In this document: piece after piece, positions 18,561 to 38,863 of the stretch
Numbering within the stretch: position 1 is the stretch's first letter
How the letters are laid out: the number at the start of each line of letters is the position of its first letter
Source of the DNA: the human T2T-CHM13v2.0 reference genome, Homo sapiens
Assembly (NCBI RefSeq): GCF_009914755.1
Contig: NC_060948.1
Reading direction: 5' to 3' (one strand)
Length of the DNA stretch: 64,000 nt
Notes under the pieces: model-generated
The model's input: only the letters and a program-made list of their open reading frames with translations
The model's database searches: none
What the model was told of the DNA's origin: nothing
Position numbers and translations under genes: made by a program

Positions 18561-19099
18561 CCAAGTTTAATTCTTATACACATAATACAATTACTAAAAA
18601 GCAAGTTGTCTTCACTTTACCTATTTATCTTGTTTCTTATATACTTTATGTTTCTCAATTCTATCTTTTATTAAAATTGATTATTTAGCTGTACTGATTT
18701 GAATTCATTCTTATATTACTCTCTGCATATATTTGTTATTTCTTGGATTTATGCATATATTTCAATGTGCAACTTAAATTTACAATATTCTACTTTGAAT
18801 AACAATTTGGTTTCATACTATGCAAATGTTCTGCTTCTATCTTTATTTTTTCGCCTTTACATGAGTATATTCATAGACTGCAACATCATAAATGGTATGC
18901 TATTTAGCAACAATTTGTATTATGTTGTGCAATTATTAAGTCATCTAGAAAAATGTGACAAATTATATAAATATATGATAACATTGCATTTCATATTTAC
19001 TAAACATTTATATTTACTAGTGTTATTCGTTTTTCTCTTGGCCTTAAGGGTCATCTACTATTCTTTTATTTCAACAAGAAAGATTTTTTTTTACATTCC

Positions 19100-19417
19100 T
19101 TCTTTCTTTTTTTTTGAGGCGGAGTATCGCTCTGTTGCCCAGGCTGGAGGGCAGTGGCACAGTCTCGGCTCACTGCAAGCTCCGCCTCCTGGGTTCTGCC
19201 ATTCGTCTGCCTCAGCCTCCTGAGTAGCTGGGATTACAGGCGCCTGCCACCATGCCCAGCTAATTTTGTTTTTTTTGTTTTTTTTTTTTTTTGTATTTTT
19301 AGTAGAGACGGGGTTTCACCGCTTTAGCCAGGTTGTCTCAATCTCCTGACCTGGTGATTCGCCCACCTCGGTCTCCCAGTGTGCTGGGATTACAGGCCTG
19401 AGCCACCGCGCCTGGCC
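19100..19417 (-). mobile_element. AluY with expanded middle A-rich linker
   Basis: Alu dimer with a long T-run at 19264-19292. Confidence 0.9.
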
Positions 19418-19639
19418 AGCATTTCTTAAAGAGCAGTTCAACTAGTTTTTAGTGTTTGTTTAACTAGAGGTAGAATACTTTGTTCTTCATTCATGAACAA
19501 TAGTTTTTTTAAATATGGAATCTTTGTATGAGAGCTTTGTTTTCCTTTTCTGAACTTTATGCCATCCTATTATAATATGCCATCATATTGCATTTTATTT
19601 ATAAAAAATTATTTTGTATGGCTTTAATATCTGTTGAAT

Positions 19640-20280
19640 TTTTTAATTTTTAATTTTTATTTATATATATTTATTTATTTTATTTTACTTTAGGTTCCAG
19701 GATACATGTGCAGAACGTGCAGGTTTGTTACATAGGTATACATGTGTCCTGGTGGTTTTCGCTCCACCCATCAACCCATCATCTACATTAAGTATTTCTT
19801 TTAATGCTATCTATGCCCTAGCCTCCCACCCCTCAACATGCCCTGGTGTGTGATGTTCCCCTCCCTGTGCCCATTTGTTCTCATTGTTCAACTTCCATTT
19901 GTGAGTGAGAACATGCAGTGTTTGGTTTTCTGTCCTTGTGTTAGTTTGCTGAGAATGATGGTTTCCAGCTTCATCCATGTCTCTGCAAAGGACACGAACT
20001 CATTCTTTTTTATGGTTGCATAGTATTCCAGGGGGTGTATGTGCCATATTTTTTTTTATCCAGTCTAACATTGATGGCCATTTGGGTTGGTTCCAAGTCT
20101 TTGCTATTGTGAATAGTGCTGCAATAAATATTATGTGTGCATGTGTCTGTATAGTAAAATGACTTATAATCCTTAGGGTATATAACACATAATGGGATTG
20201 CTGGGTCAAATGGTATTTCTAGTTCTAGATCCTTGAGGAATTGACATGCTGTCTTCCACAATTGTTGAACTAATTTGCAC
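19640..20280 (-). mobile_element. L1PA 3' end (about L1PA7-8)
   Basis: gatacatgtgcagaacgtgcaggtttgttacataggtatac, with T-rich tail. Confidence 0.88.
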
Positions 20281-20574
20281 TAATTTGATAGTTACATTAA
20301 TTTTTATATTTTTGTTCTTTGACATTTGTACTAGAATTAAAATATTCTATTATACTATTACATTATTATAATATTTTGATATACCTTTGTATTTTCTTTT
20401 GCTAGCAAGAATTATACTTTTAAATGCTTTATGTTTCTATTTAGTGTCCTTTTGTTTTGACATAAAGGATTATTTAAACTATTTCTCATAAGACAAGTCA
20501 AGTGGTGATGGATTTCTTCAGTTTTACATATTTCTTTGCTCAAAAGTATTTCTTCACTTAACAATTTGCAAGAG

Positions 20575-22345
20575 TTAAGGTAAAGAAGTCAATGCAACAA
20601 GAAGAGCTAACTATTCTAAATATGTATGCACCCAATACAGGAGCACCCAGATTCATAAAGCAAGTTCTTAGAGACCTACTAAGAGACTTAGACTCACACA
20701 CAATACTAGTGGGAGACTTTAACACATCCCTTTCAATATTACACAGATCAAAGAGACAGAAAATTAATAAGGATATTCAGAAGTTGAACTCAGCTCTGGA
20801 CCAAGCAGACCTAAAGGCATCTACAGAACTCTCTACCCCAAATCAACAGAATATACATTCTTCTCAGCACCACATTGCACTTACTCTAAAACTGATCACA
20901 TAATTGAAAGTAAAACACTCCTCAGCAATGCAAAAGAATGGAAATCATAATAATCAGTCTCTCAGACCACAGTGCAATCAAATTAGAACTCAGGATTAAG
21001 AAACTCATTCAAAACCATACAACTACATGGAAACTAAAAAAGCCTTCTCCTGAGTGACTACTGGGTATACTGGGTAATAACAAAATGAAGGCAGAAATAA
21101 ATAAGTTATTTGAAACCAATGAGAACAAAGACACAACGTACCAGAATCTCTGGGACACAACAAAAGCAATGTTTAGAGATAAATTTATAGCACTAAGTGC
21201 AAACAAGAGAAAGCATGAAAGATCTAAAATTGACATCCTAACATCACAATTAAAAGAACTAGAGAAACAAGAGCAAGCAAATTCAACAGCTAGCAGAAGA
21301 CCAGAAATAACTAAGATCAGAGCAGAACTGAAGGAGACAGAGACACAAAACAATCCTTCAAAAAATTAGTGAAGCCAGGAGCTGGTTTTTTGAAAAGATC
21401 AACAAAATACATAGACTGCTAGACAGACTAATAAAGAAGAAAAGAGAGAAGAATCAAATAGACACAATAAAAACAATAAAGGAGATCACCTGGTCCCACA
21501 GAAGTGCATACTACCATCAAAGAATACTATCAACACCTCTACACAAAAAAACCTGAAAATCCACAATAATTCCTGGACACACACACCCTCCCAAGTCTAA
21601 ACCAGGAAGAAGTCAAATCCTTCAATAGACCAATAACAAGTTCTGAAATTGAGGCAGTACTTAATAGACTACCAACCAAAAAAAGTACAGGACCAGACAG
21701 ATTCACAGCTGAATTCTACCAGGGGTACAAAAAGGAGCTGGTACCATTCCTTCTGAAACTATTCCAAACAATGGAAAAAGAGGGATTTCTCCCTAACTCA
21801 TTTTATGAGGCCAGCATCATCCTGATACCAAAACCTGGCAGAGGCACAACCAAAAAAGAGAATTTCAGGCCAATATACCTGATAAGCATCAATGCAAAAA
21901 TCCCCAATAAAACACGGATAAATCTAATCCAGCAGCACATCAAAAGGCTTATCCACCATAATCCTGTTGGCTTCATGCCTGGGATGCAAAGCTGGTTCAA
22001 ATATGGACTTAATCCATCACGTAAACAGAAACAATGACAAAAACCACATGATTTTCTCAATAGACACAGAAACGACCTTTGATAAAATTCAACACCGCTT
22101 CATGCTAAAAACTCTCAGTGAACTAGGTCTTGATGGAACATATGTCAAAATAATGAGTATTTATGACTAACCCACAGCCAATATCATATGGAATGGGCAA
22201 AAACTGGAAGCAATCTCTTTGAAAACTGGCACAAGACAAGGATGCCCTCTCTCACCAGTCCTATTCAACATAGTGTTGGAAGTTCTGGACAGGGCAATCA
22301 GGCAAGAGAAAGAAATATAGGGTATTCAAATTGGAATACAGGAAG
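20575..22345 (+). mobile_element. L1PA ORF2 fragment (endonuclease to RT start), disrupted
   Basis: ORF track: [66 protein letters not shown]; many frameshifts. Confidence 0.93.
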
Positions 22346-22349
22346 AACC

Positions 22350-25495
<3,146 letters not shown>

Positions 25496-25499
25496 GTTA

Positions 25500-26715
25500 T
25501 ATTTGTTTTGTTTTATTTTGGTATTTGTGGGCCCCTGGTAGGTGTATATTATTGTAGAGTACATAAGATTCTTTAAAAAAGATGCATGCAAAATAACAAT
25601 CACATCATGGAGATTGGGGTGTCCATCCACTCAAGCATTTATCCCTTTAATTACAAACAATGCAGTTACACTCTTTGTGTTATTTTAAAATGCACAATTA
25701 AATTATAATTGACTAGAGTCACCATGTTGTGTTATTGAATAGTAGGTCTTATTCATTCTTTCTAACAATTTTTGGTACCCATTAATAATGCCCACCTCCC
25801 TCCAACCCCACACAAAATTTCCAGCCCTCTAGGAAGCATTCTCCTACCTCTATGTCCATGAATTCAATTGTTTTGATTTTTAGATCCCAGAAGTGAGTGA
25901 TAACATACACTGTTTGTCTTTCAGTGCCTAGCTTATTTCACCTGACATATTAAGCTCCAGTTTCACCTATATTCTTGCAAATCACAAGAGTATCTCATTG
26001 TTTTTGATAGCTAGATACAACTCAAATGTGTACATGTACCACATTTTCCTTATTTATTCATCTGTGACTGGGCACTTACATTGCCTCCAAATCTTAGTTA
26101 TTATGAACAGTACTGCAACAAACATGAAAGTGCAGATATTTCTTTTATATACTGATTTTCTTTCTTTTGGGTGTATACTAAGCAATGGAATTGCTGGATC
26201 ATATGGTATCGCTGTTTTTAGTTTTGTGAAGAAGTTCCAAACTGTTTTAAATAGTGGTTATATTAATTTACATTCTCAGCAACAGTGTACAAGGATTCTC
26301 TTTTCCATATATTCTCACCATCATTTGTTATTGCCTGTTTTTTGGATATGACGTTTTAACTGGGGTAATATGATAACTCATGGCAGTTTTAATATGCATT
26401 TCTCTGATGATCAATGATGCTGAGCACATTTTCATATCTAGCCATTTGTATAGCTTTTTCTGAGAAATGCCTATTTAAATCTTTTGCCCATTCTGATCAA
26501 ATTATTAGATGTATTTCCTGTAGAGTTGTTTGAGATTTGTATATATTCCAGTTATAAATTTCTTGTCAGATAGGCAGTTTCCAATTATTTTCACCCATTA
26601 TGTAGATTATCTCTTCAGTTTGTTGATTGTTTCCTTTGCCAAAATGCTGTTTAACTTGGTGTGATCCAATTTGTTCATTTATGCTTTGGCTTCCTATGCT
26701 TGTAGGGTACTTCTC
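25500..26715 (-). mobile_element. L1 3' end (L1MA1-2/L1PB-like)
   Basis: cacatcatggagattggggtgtccatccactcaagcatttatcc, followed by antisense ORF2 tail. Confidence 0.82.
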
Positions 26716-26721
26716 AAAAAA

Positions 26722-28493
<1,772 letters not shown>

Positions 28494-30562
28494 ATCAGAT
28501 AGCTTTTTATAGCAGTGTAACAACAAACTAATAGGGGAAATTGTTACCAGAGAAGTGGGGTGTTGCCATAAAGAGACCTGAAAATGTAGAAGTTACTTTG
28601 GAATTCAGTAACAGGCAGAGGCTGGAACACTTTGGAGTGCTCAGAAAAAAATAGAAAGATGAGGGAAAGTTTGAAACTTCCTAGAGACTTGTTGAATTGT
28701 TGTGACCAAAGTGTTGATAGTAATATAAACAAGGAAGTCCAGGGTAAGGTGATCTCAGATGAAGATGAAAAACTTATTGGAAACTGAAATAAAGAGTAAA
28801 TAAAAACTTGCTATGCTTTGGTGAGGAGACTGTCGGCATGGTGCACCTGCTCTCTCAGAGATCTGAGAAACTTCAAAGTTAAGAGAGATGATTTAAGTTA
28901 TCTGGAGAAAGAAATTTCTAAGGGGCAATGCTGTCAAGAATTAGCCTGCCTGCTTCTAAAAGCCTCACTCACATGAGTTTGCAAAGGGAAGGTCAGATAT
29001 TAAAACTTATGTTTAAAAGGCAAACAGAAAATAATAGTTTGAAATATTTGCAGGCTTGAACCTGTGGTAGAAAAGAAAACGTCGTTTTCTAGAAAGAAAT
29101 TCAAAGCCATAGTAATTTACGTAAGTAAAGAAAAGCTGAATGTTAATAATCAACAAAAATGCCTCAGGATATTTCAGAGACCTTTGCAACAGCCCCTCCC
29201 CCACCTCCCATTCCACCCACTTCCCGTGCCCTGCCCCCTGCTGCCTCCCTAGCACAGGCCTGCAGGCCTAGAAAAACATGGTTCTATGGGCCAAGCTCAG
29301 GACTCTACTGCTCTGTGCAAACTTGGGACATGGTACCTGTGTCTCAGCCACTCCAGCTCCAGCTGTGGCTAAAAGTGGCCAAAGCTCAGCTTGGGTCATT
29401 TCTTCAGAGGGTGCAAACCCCAAACTTTGGTGACTTCCATGTTGTGTTAGGGCTCTGAATGTGCAAAGGCAAGAGTTGAGCTTGGGGGCTTCTGTCTAGA
29501 TTTCATAGTATGTATGAAAATACCTGGTGGTTTAGGCAGAAGTGTGCTGCAGGGTGGAACCCTCATGGAAAACTTCTGATGCAGTGAAGAGAAAAAATGT
29601 AGGGTTGAAGTCCCAACACAGAGACCCCACAGTAACACTGCCTAGTGGAGCTGTAAGTACAGGGCCACTGCCCTTCAGATGCCAGAATGATAGGTCCATT
29701 AACAGCTTGCACCTTGTACCTGGAATAGATGTAGGCACTAAATGCCAGCATGTAAAAGCAGCCAAGAGGGATATATCTTACAGAACCACAGGGGAAGAAC
29801 TGCCCAACACCTTGGAAGCCCACCCTTTTCTTCGGTGTAGCCTGGATGTGAGACATGGAGTCAAACAATGTTATTTTGAAGGTTTAAAATGTAATAACTT
29901 CCCGGCTGTGTTTTGGACTTGCAGGGGACCTCTAGCCCCATTGTTTTGGACAACTTCTCTTTTTTGGAACAGAAGCATTTACTCAATGTCTGTATGCCCT
30001 TTTATAACTTAGAAGTAACTAACTTGTTTTTTATTTTACCAGCACATAGGCAGAAGGGACTTTCCTTGCCTCACATGAAACTCTGGACTCAGACTTTTGA
30101 GATAATGCTGGAAGAAGTTAAAACTTTAGGGGACTGTTGAGAAAACATGATTGGTTTTGCAATGTGAAAAAATGCATGGAATTTGGGAGGAGCCAGAGGT
30201 GGTATTTGACTCTCTGTTCTCACCCAAATCTCATGTCAAATTGTAATCTCAGATGTTGGAGGAATAACAAGATGATAGGTAGTTTGATCATGGGAAACAT
30301 TTCTGCTTGTTTTTCTCATGATATTGAGTTCTCATGAGATCTGGTTGTGTGTTGCACTTTTCCTTCTGCTCTCTCTCATTTCCCTACGTGAAGAAGATTC
30401 TCGCTTCTCTATTTTCCTTCTCCCCTGATTAAAAGTTTCCTGAGAGTTCCCCAGTCACACTTACGGCCTGTAAAACTGTGAATAAATTAAACCTTTTTCT
30501 CTCTTCATAATGTACCTGGCCTTGGGTAATTCTCTGTAGTTGTGTGAGAATGGACTCTTACA
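28494..30562 (+). mobile_element. MaLR (MST-type): 5' LTR remnant, internal region and 3' LTR
   Basis: tttatagcagtgtaacaacaaactaata, then gaaaattgttaccagagaagtgggg; 3' LTR at about 30196-30562. Confidence 0.85.
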
Positions 30563-31049
30563 GAAGTCTTTTCATATGTTAAAAAAAAACTTAGATGTTT
30601 TTGTCTATGCTTTATCCCTAGCCCAAAGATGACATGGTTTTTGCTAACTTGTGTAGTTACAATAAGAGCAAATTCTTATTGAGTTATCTAGATTACCAGG
30701 CCAAGACATATATTCTGTTTTCTTTATTCCAAACAAATGGAGTCTGTCCCTGTGCAGAATCATCTAAAGCTGTGGTGACACAAGCACCCCCCTGGCTAGA
30801 CATTATATCTGTGCTGTACCTAAGGTATAAGAAGAAGTCTGCTTTATTTTCCCTCTACTTTTTTCAAGAGGAAGGAGTTTTGCCTGACAGTCACCACAGG
30901 ACTCTCACCTGCAGCCTATAATTCTTAGAGGCCCACCCAAGAACCTTGATGTAGTACCTGGGTATCACTGCTAGTTATTTAGGGCCAGAAATCTCTTCAG
31001 TTAGCTGGTAATAAGTGCTCCAAGGACTGAGCACTTCCCTAAATGAACA

Positions 31050-32575
31050 AATCAAGAGGAATCACTTTATCTGCTCAAACTATATTACAAGGTTATAGTA
31101 ACAACAAGAGCATAGTACTGGCATAAAAACAGACACAGAAATCAGTAAAATGAAATAGAGATCCCAGAAATAAGGCACATTACTACAATCAACTGATGTT
31201 TGAAAAAGTTGGTAACAAGCTAGACTGAAGAAATAATACCCTTTTCAATAAACGGTGCTAGGAAATAAGCTTGTGCATAAAAATAAAACCAAAACTATAA
31301 GTTTCATCATTTGAAAACATTACCTCATGATGAATTAAAAACTTAAACTTAAAATCTGAAATTATAAAAATCCCAGGAGAAAGAGAAAAATGCAGGAACT
31401 CTCTACTGGACAATGGCCTGGGTAAAATGTTTATAACTAAGTTTTCAAAAGCAAACTAACAATGAAAAAATGTAGGCAAATGAGATGTAGTCAAAGTAAA
31501 AACCTATATATATACATATATAAACATATATGTATATAAACATATATAAACATATATATAAACATATATATATTTCTCTTTTTTCTGTTATTATATATGG
31601 TGAGCACATTTGCTTTAATTATACATATGTGATTGCTGAATATATATGTATATATATAATTAGCAGAGTAAACAATCTACAAAGTAGAAAAACAATTCGC
31701 AAACTATGTATCTGACAATTGGCTGATATTTAGAATCTTAAAATAATTCAAACAATTTAACAAGAAATAAAAAATAACCCCTTAAAAATGTGGGCAAATA
31801 ATGTGAACAGATATTTCTCCAAGGAAATCATACAGGTGCCCAGCTAACAGAAAGTGTTTAAATCATTAATCTTGAGAGTAATGTAACTGACAACTACAGT
31901 GAGATATGATACTGCACAAGTCAGAGTGGGTAAGATTAAGAAGTCAAAAATCAACAGATGTTGGTGATAACACAGAGAAAAAGGAAAGTTTATACACTGT
32001 AGATGGGTAAGTAAATTAGATCAAACTGTATGAAGTGTTGCATGAAGATTTTCAAATAACTAAAAGTACATCTACTATATAATGACAATTTCATTACTAG
32101 GTACCTAATTAAAAAATAACAGGTCATTATATCAAAAAGATACCTTCACTTGCTTGTTGATCACAGCATTATTTATAGTAGATAAGCTACATAATCAACC
32201 TAAGTGTCCATCAATGGATGACAGAAAAAGTAAATATGGCACATATTTATACCATGCAATACCTTTCAACCATATAAAAGAATAAAATCATGTATTGTGA
32301 AGCAACATGGCTGGAACTGGGAGCTATTATCCTAAGTAGAATAATTGAGAAACAGAAAATCAAATACCACATCTTCTCACTTACAAGTGGAAGCTAAATA
32401 ATAGGTATACATGGCCATAAAGAGTGGAAGGAGACACCTTACAGACTTCAAATGGTGTGAGGGTGAGATGGGTGAGGACTGAAAAATTACCCATTGGGTC
32501 AACATACACAAATTCATTACTATACAATATATTCATGTAAAAAACTGCACTTCAAACCCCCAAAATTACAAATGA
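31050..32575 (+). mobile_element. L1PB/L1MA 3' portion with TA-rich insert (31505-31660)
   Basis: agcatagtactggcataaaaacagacac, aatcaacctaagtgtccatcaatggatg. Confidence 0.82.
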
Positions 32576-34386
32576 GATTGCTTTTTATTTTCTTTATTAC
32601 TAGTGAGGTTGAGCAACTCCATGAGTTTACTGGCCATCCATATTTCTCTTAGGTTAAATGCCTGTTCATATATTTTGAACAATTTTGAATTCAGTTTGCT
32701 GTGATTAATTATTCAGGAAATATTTATATACTCCATCATTGATTTTATACACTGCAAACATACTTTACCACAGTTGTAACTTCTACTTGAATTTCATTCA
32801 TATGTTTTTTATAAACAATTTTTTTAGTCTATTCAATATTATAAACTATTTTCTTTGCATTAGGATTCTTTGTGTTTCATTAGAAGACACTTTTTCATTC
32901 TGAGTTTATAATGTTATTCTATAATTATTTCCTAATTTTTCTTCTAAAAATATGTGATTACTTTTAACACTTAAATTTTTAATCTATTTGGGGTTGACAT
33001 TTGAATATGATGGATATAAGCTAGACATGTTTTTGCATTTTTATAGGGATAACAAACTTGCAGTGCTTGATTTGTTAATCCTTTTTCCTACACTAATGTT
33101 CTGCCATCTCTGTCATATTAATTCTTTATGTATACATTAATCTAAACTTAGGCTCAACTCATTGGTTTCTGTCACTTTCCCTGCATCAACACATGCTGTT
33201 TCTATAGTTGTATGTTGGCTAAGACCATTCTTCAGATGTAAAACAATAAATATATTATCTATTTTGTCTTTTGACTCTCACTTTAAGTTGCATGTGTTTT
33301 CTTGTTTTTGGTGATCTTTGTGATGGTGTGCTTCATTTTAACCTGTTGGACTATTACAGGCATCACTTATGGAGTCATTTTTCCAATGAGGTTAACCACC
33401 AGTTTTGTTTGTAGTCAGAGAGCACGATGTGCAGAATCCAGTTTTTTTTCCCTTTTTCTTTTAAATGCTATTCAATAACATATTTGTATTGTATGAGTTT
33501 TTAACTTCTTCTTTAGACATTAGTGTAAACTGAGAGCATACTCTGGGTAAAATTAGATGTAATAAAATAGAAAACTTTTTGGAGCACTTAAAATATGCCA
33601 GATATACTTCTAAATGTTATATATGCATTATCACATTTAATTTATATAACAACCAAACCAGATTGCTGCACCAAAGAAAGCACTGATTACTAACCACAAT
33701 ACATGTGCTCCTAATCTTAGCTCAAGCTTATTAACTATACAAATGTAGTTATTGATATGGCCATATGTGGTACTCTACAATGATTAGTGAAAACATGGAG
33801 TTTTCATAAAGACAAGAAGTGTCATTGACCCTGTTGGTTGCCTACCTAATGCCTCTCTTATTCCTGAAAACGTTTTTAAGATAAATAGCCTTCTTCCAAC
33901 AGCTATATGGTTCAGAGTCAGCTGGACCCATCATCAGGCCCAATGGGTTTAGAGAAATTTAAGGAGTTCAACATTGGTCACAAAGATATCATTGACATAA
34001 AAGTGTGCCTAAATTTAGCTCAATGAACCACAAGGGAGGAAGGGCTTAGGAAAAGTTCTTCTTTCTCATTGAAAAAAGACACATAGGGTAAGGTCCTTAT
34101 CTGCCACTAAGTCTTTACTGTTTTCAGATAATATGCATAGCAGGTGTTTGTGATCATAAAGGAAACTAACTATAGGATGAGGTCAAAAGTGAGAAACATG
34201 GAGTAAAATCTCAATGGAAGTAACCTAATATTTTTAATAAAATTACTAAACTTCAAATTATACCATACTGGGTACCTTATTGTAAAGTTAGTATTTTTTT
34301 TATAGTGAGAAATAATGCACATACTGCTATTGATGTAGTAAATATATATTTTTCTAAAAAACAATTTGGCAACATAGGGATTTTAG

Positions 34387-34720
<334 letters not shown>

Positions 34721-34910
34721 TGAAAAATTATTTTTTAACCAGAAATATAAATAAGATTTTCTAAACATACCATATGGCAGAGGAAATGGCGAGAATCTGA
34801 CACAGAGGCTGAATTTAATATGCAGAAGGATGACCCAGAAAGGGAGATGAAGAAAGCATAGCCACACAGTTGGCAGAAATTGAAGAGAAAGATGTATCAA
34901 AGGAGCTAGA

Positions 34911-37715
34911 TGTATTCTCACACTTCTATAAAACACTGTCCAAAACTGGGTAATTTACAAAAATAACTAAATAACTAAATAACTAAATAAATAAATAAAT
35001 AAATGCCACACTGTTTTGCAGGGCTGGTAAGATCTCAAAAAACTTATGATTATGGAAAAAGGAAAAGCAAATCTTTCCTCCACAGGGCAGCAGTAGGAAG
35101 AATAATGAGAGACCCTGCAGAGTGAAGAAGGGAAAGCCCATCACAAAACTATCAAATCTCATGAGAACTCACTGACTGTAACAAGAAAAACATGGGGTAA
35201 GTGCCATCATGATTCAATTATGTCCCACAAATTCCTCCTCCAACATGTGAAGATTAAAATTTACATTACAATGTAAGATGAGATTTGGGTAAGGATACAA
35301 ACAATATTTTTTTTCTCCTAACCTCCACATATTCTATGTTATCACATTTAAAAACATAATCATGCCTTTCTAACAATCTCCCAAAGTCTTAACTCATTGC
35401 AACATTTATCCAAAAGTCCAAGTTCAAAGTCTCATCTGAAACAAGGTAAGTTCCTTCTTATTATGAACCTGTAACATCAAAAGCAAGTGAGTTACTTTCT
35501 AGATATATCGGGGATATAGGCATTGACTAAATGCACCCATTTGAAGTGGAAAATTGTACAAAACAAAGGGGCTACAGACTCAGTGCAAGTCCAAAATCTA
35601 ATAGAGCCGTCATTAAATCTTAAAGTTTCAAAAAAAATTTTGGACTCCTTGTCTCATATTCAGGCCACATTGATGAAAACTTGGGCAACCACAGCTTTTG
35701 GCGGCTGTACCCCTGTAGCTTTGCATGGAATAGCTCCCCATAGCTTTTATGGGGCTTTTATGGCTGGCATTGAGTGTCTGAGGCTTTTCCAGGTGCATAG
35801 TGGAAGCTGTCAATGTATCTACACTTCTGGTGCCTAGAGGACAGTGTCCCTCTTCACAAAGCTCCACCTGGCAATGCTCCAGTAGGAACTCTGTGTAGAG
35901 GTTCCAACCCCATATTTTCCTTTGGCACTGCCCTAGCATGGGTTCATAAGGTCTTTGGCCCTTCAGCAGACTTATTCTTGGACATCCAGGTGTTACCATA
36001 CATGCTCTAAAATCTAGGCAGAGGTTCCCAAACCTCAAATCTTGTCTTCCTTGAACCCACAGTAAAAACACCACATGGCAGCTGCCAAAGTGGGGGGCTT
36101 GCACCACCTGAAGCAACATCCTGAGCTATACCTTGACCCTCTTATTCACGGCTGAAACAGCTGTGATACAGTCTCCTGGACCCACCCATAAAACCATTTT
36201 TTTTCCTCCTTTGCCTCAGGGCCTGTGATGGGAGGGGCTGCTGCAAAGACTTCTGACATACTTTGGGGACATTTTCTTCATGTCTTGGTGATTAACCTCT
36301 GTTTTCTCTTCACTTAGGTAGATTTGTACTACCTGCTTCAATTTCTTCCTAAAATATGGGTTTTTATCTTCTACCCCATTCTCAGGCAGCAGATTTTTTA
36401 TAATTTTATGCTTTGATTTCCTTTGAATGTTCTGCCTCTTTGAAATTTATTCTGCCTTGATAAAAAACAAGTAGTTTAGACAATTCCTCTTCAAAGAGTT
36501 TCACTTTGCTACAAACAACTGTTCTTCTCCAAGAGGTCTTTCCTTCCTTGTGCTGTCTGTCCTGAAGTCTTACTTCCCTGTTCTTTGTCTAATCTTGCCC
36601 ACCAATCTGTCAGCCCCTCCTGCCCTGCTGTGCTCAGGCATGCCCACCAAGAAATCACCCTCCTGCCTTCCCACCAGTGTAACCGCATTCCTGCACTCTT
36701 CAAGTTAGCCAACTGCATTCTGCTTAGATTGTGTGGTCTAACGGCAGCCAGTGGAGGCACATACACTAACAGGGACAAGCTGCATTAAAAATCATAAAAA
36801 CTCCTGCTTTCCTCTGTTCTGGGTGCTCTTGCCATTGCTGCATAAACAAGATGCACCCTCCTGCAGGAGTAACTTTGCCTTGCTGAGAAAATTTATGTTT
36901 GAGTGCTATTTCTTTTGCAGCACTGAAAATTTCTTTCTAACATGCCTGGTACCCCAAAGTTCCAAAAATATCTTGGGCAGGTGGCAAAAAGCCACCAGTG
37001 TCTTTGCTAAAGCACATCAAAGCCACCTTTGCTCCAGTTCCCTACAAGTTTCTTTTCTCCATCTGATACCATCTCAACCTTAAGGTCATTGTCCATATTA
37101 CTATCAGGATTTTGGTCACAGCCATTAAATAAGTCTCTGTGAAGATCCAAACTTTCTCACATCTTCCTTTCTTCTTAGCCTTTTAGGTCATAGGAAGTTT
37201 CTAACTTTTCCACTCTCTTTTTCTTTTTCTGAGTCCTATAAACGTTTCAACTTCTGCCTGTTACTGCCAAAGCTGCTTCCAAATTTTCAGGTATCCTTAC
37301 AGTGGTATCTCACTCTTAGTGTTCTAATTTATGCATTGGTCCATTCTCACACTGCTAGGAAAGAACTGCCTGAGGCTATGTAATTTATAAAGAAAAGATT
37401 CAATTGACTCACAGTTTTGCAGGGCTGATAAGGCCTCGGGAAACTTGCAATCAGGGTAGAAGAGGAAGCAAGTGCATCCTATTTTACATGGCAGAAGAAA
37501 AGAGAAGAATAAAACAAATTCAGACTGAAGGAAATTAAAGCCTCTCACAAAACTATCACATCTCATGAGAACTCACTATTATGAGAACAGCGTGGGGGAA
37601 TCACCTCACAGTTCAATCAGCTCCCATGAGATTCCTCTTTCAACCCATGAGGATTACAATTTTGATTACAATTTAAGATGAGATTTGGGTGGAGACACAG
37701 AGCCATACCACAGCA
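34911..37715 (-). mobile_element. Full MaLR provirus (THE1/MSTA-type)
   Basis: Two LTRs (about 34911-35305 and 37328-37715) and a perfect 5-bp TSD ctaga (34906-34910, 37716-37720). Confidence 0.87.
36458..36942 (+). mobile_element. Solo ERV1 LTR (LTR10-like) nested in the MaLR internal region
   Basis: TG...CA ends, TSD tgcct (36453-36457, 36943-36947), ttgccttgctgagaaaatttatgtttgagtgct. Confidence 0.75.
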
Positions 37716-38210
37716 CTAGATAAAAATGATTTTCAAATAGATAAAGAGGTAAGTAGAACTGCATGCTTGTTTAAAAACATGATGTAAACATAAAAATCCA
37801 CTCTAGATTCCTAGACATGAAAGTCATGAATGGCCATAGCCAGAGTGAAGGGGCTGGAAGTGAGATTGATTTTGGTTTATTTCTAAGTATGTGTGGTCAC
37901 CTATCAGAATGCAGCTCTCCTATCTCTTTTAAGTGAAAAAAAAAAAGAGTTATTACTCTAATTGCCATGACTGCCAGCCCACATTACTCAGCTACAAAAC
38001 CCTTTTGAGGTTTGCAGAAAACCCACTCATTCAAGGCCACATCGCCATTCCCATGAAGGTCTACATACAATGAGTAACAGAATGGGTCCGAAGTCCCAGT
38101 TCTCTTGCCCTCCACTGCAGACCGCTCTGAAGATTCATTCCATTTTCCAAACTCCTGATAGGGTTGGATAAAGCTTATATTGAGACTGTATTGCAGCTCA
38201 ATGTTTTTTC

Positions 38211-38284
38211 CATGCCCTCTGGCTTCTATGCCCTCTCTATGCCTTCTCTATGCCCTCTCTACTGCTTCTATGCCCTCTCTACTG
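38211..38284. repeat. Short degenerate tandem repeat (ctatgccctct units)
   Basis: atgcc(c/t)tct recurs five times. Confidence 0.7.
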
Positions 38285-38863
38285 TGTTGACCCTACGAGC
38301 ACAAAGTGATCAATGTAGCATTGTGTATTTCTATCTAAGCATCTACTTTCCAAGCAACACACTTCACAAAAAAGAAAATTATGGCCTTACTACGGATAAG
38401 TTCTCTTAGCAGCAGAAAGTGAGAAATTTGAAATGATTAACTCCAATTTTTTTCAAAATGTTTGATAATTTAGGGAATGTAAGAGATATAACTTAAAAGA
38501 CTACTTAGAGAGTTTTCTTCCTTTATATTTTTATTTTAGAGACTTACACTTTATAAACACAGACACTAAGGAACATTTTAAAAATACTTTAAAATGCCTG
38601 GAAGTAAACATTGAAAAAATATTTTTCCATGCATACAAACAAGAAGGTGTAAAGAACTTTCAAAGGACAAAAACAATAAAAAAACAAGACTTTGAAGAAA
38701 TCATAAAGCCTTAAAGACCTTTGTTTTAATGGGCTTGATATAGGGAAAAAAAAAAAAGTAAATAACCTAGTTAAAGAAAAGTGCTGATCAAGGCTCCCTT
38801 GCACAGTTAAAACAACCAAAGAGGACACTCATATTCAAATAGGTATCAAAAGTGTACAGGCAT

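Noticed and set aside
19640-22345. Twin-primed single L1 insertion
   Set aside because: The orientation fits, but about 290 bp of unrelated older sequence separates the pieces and I found no TSD.
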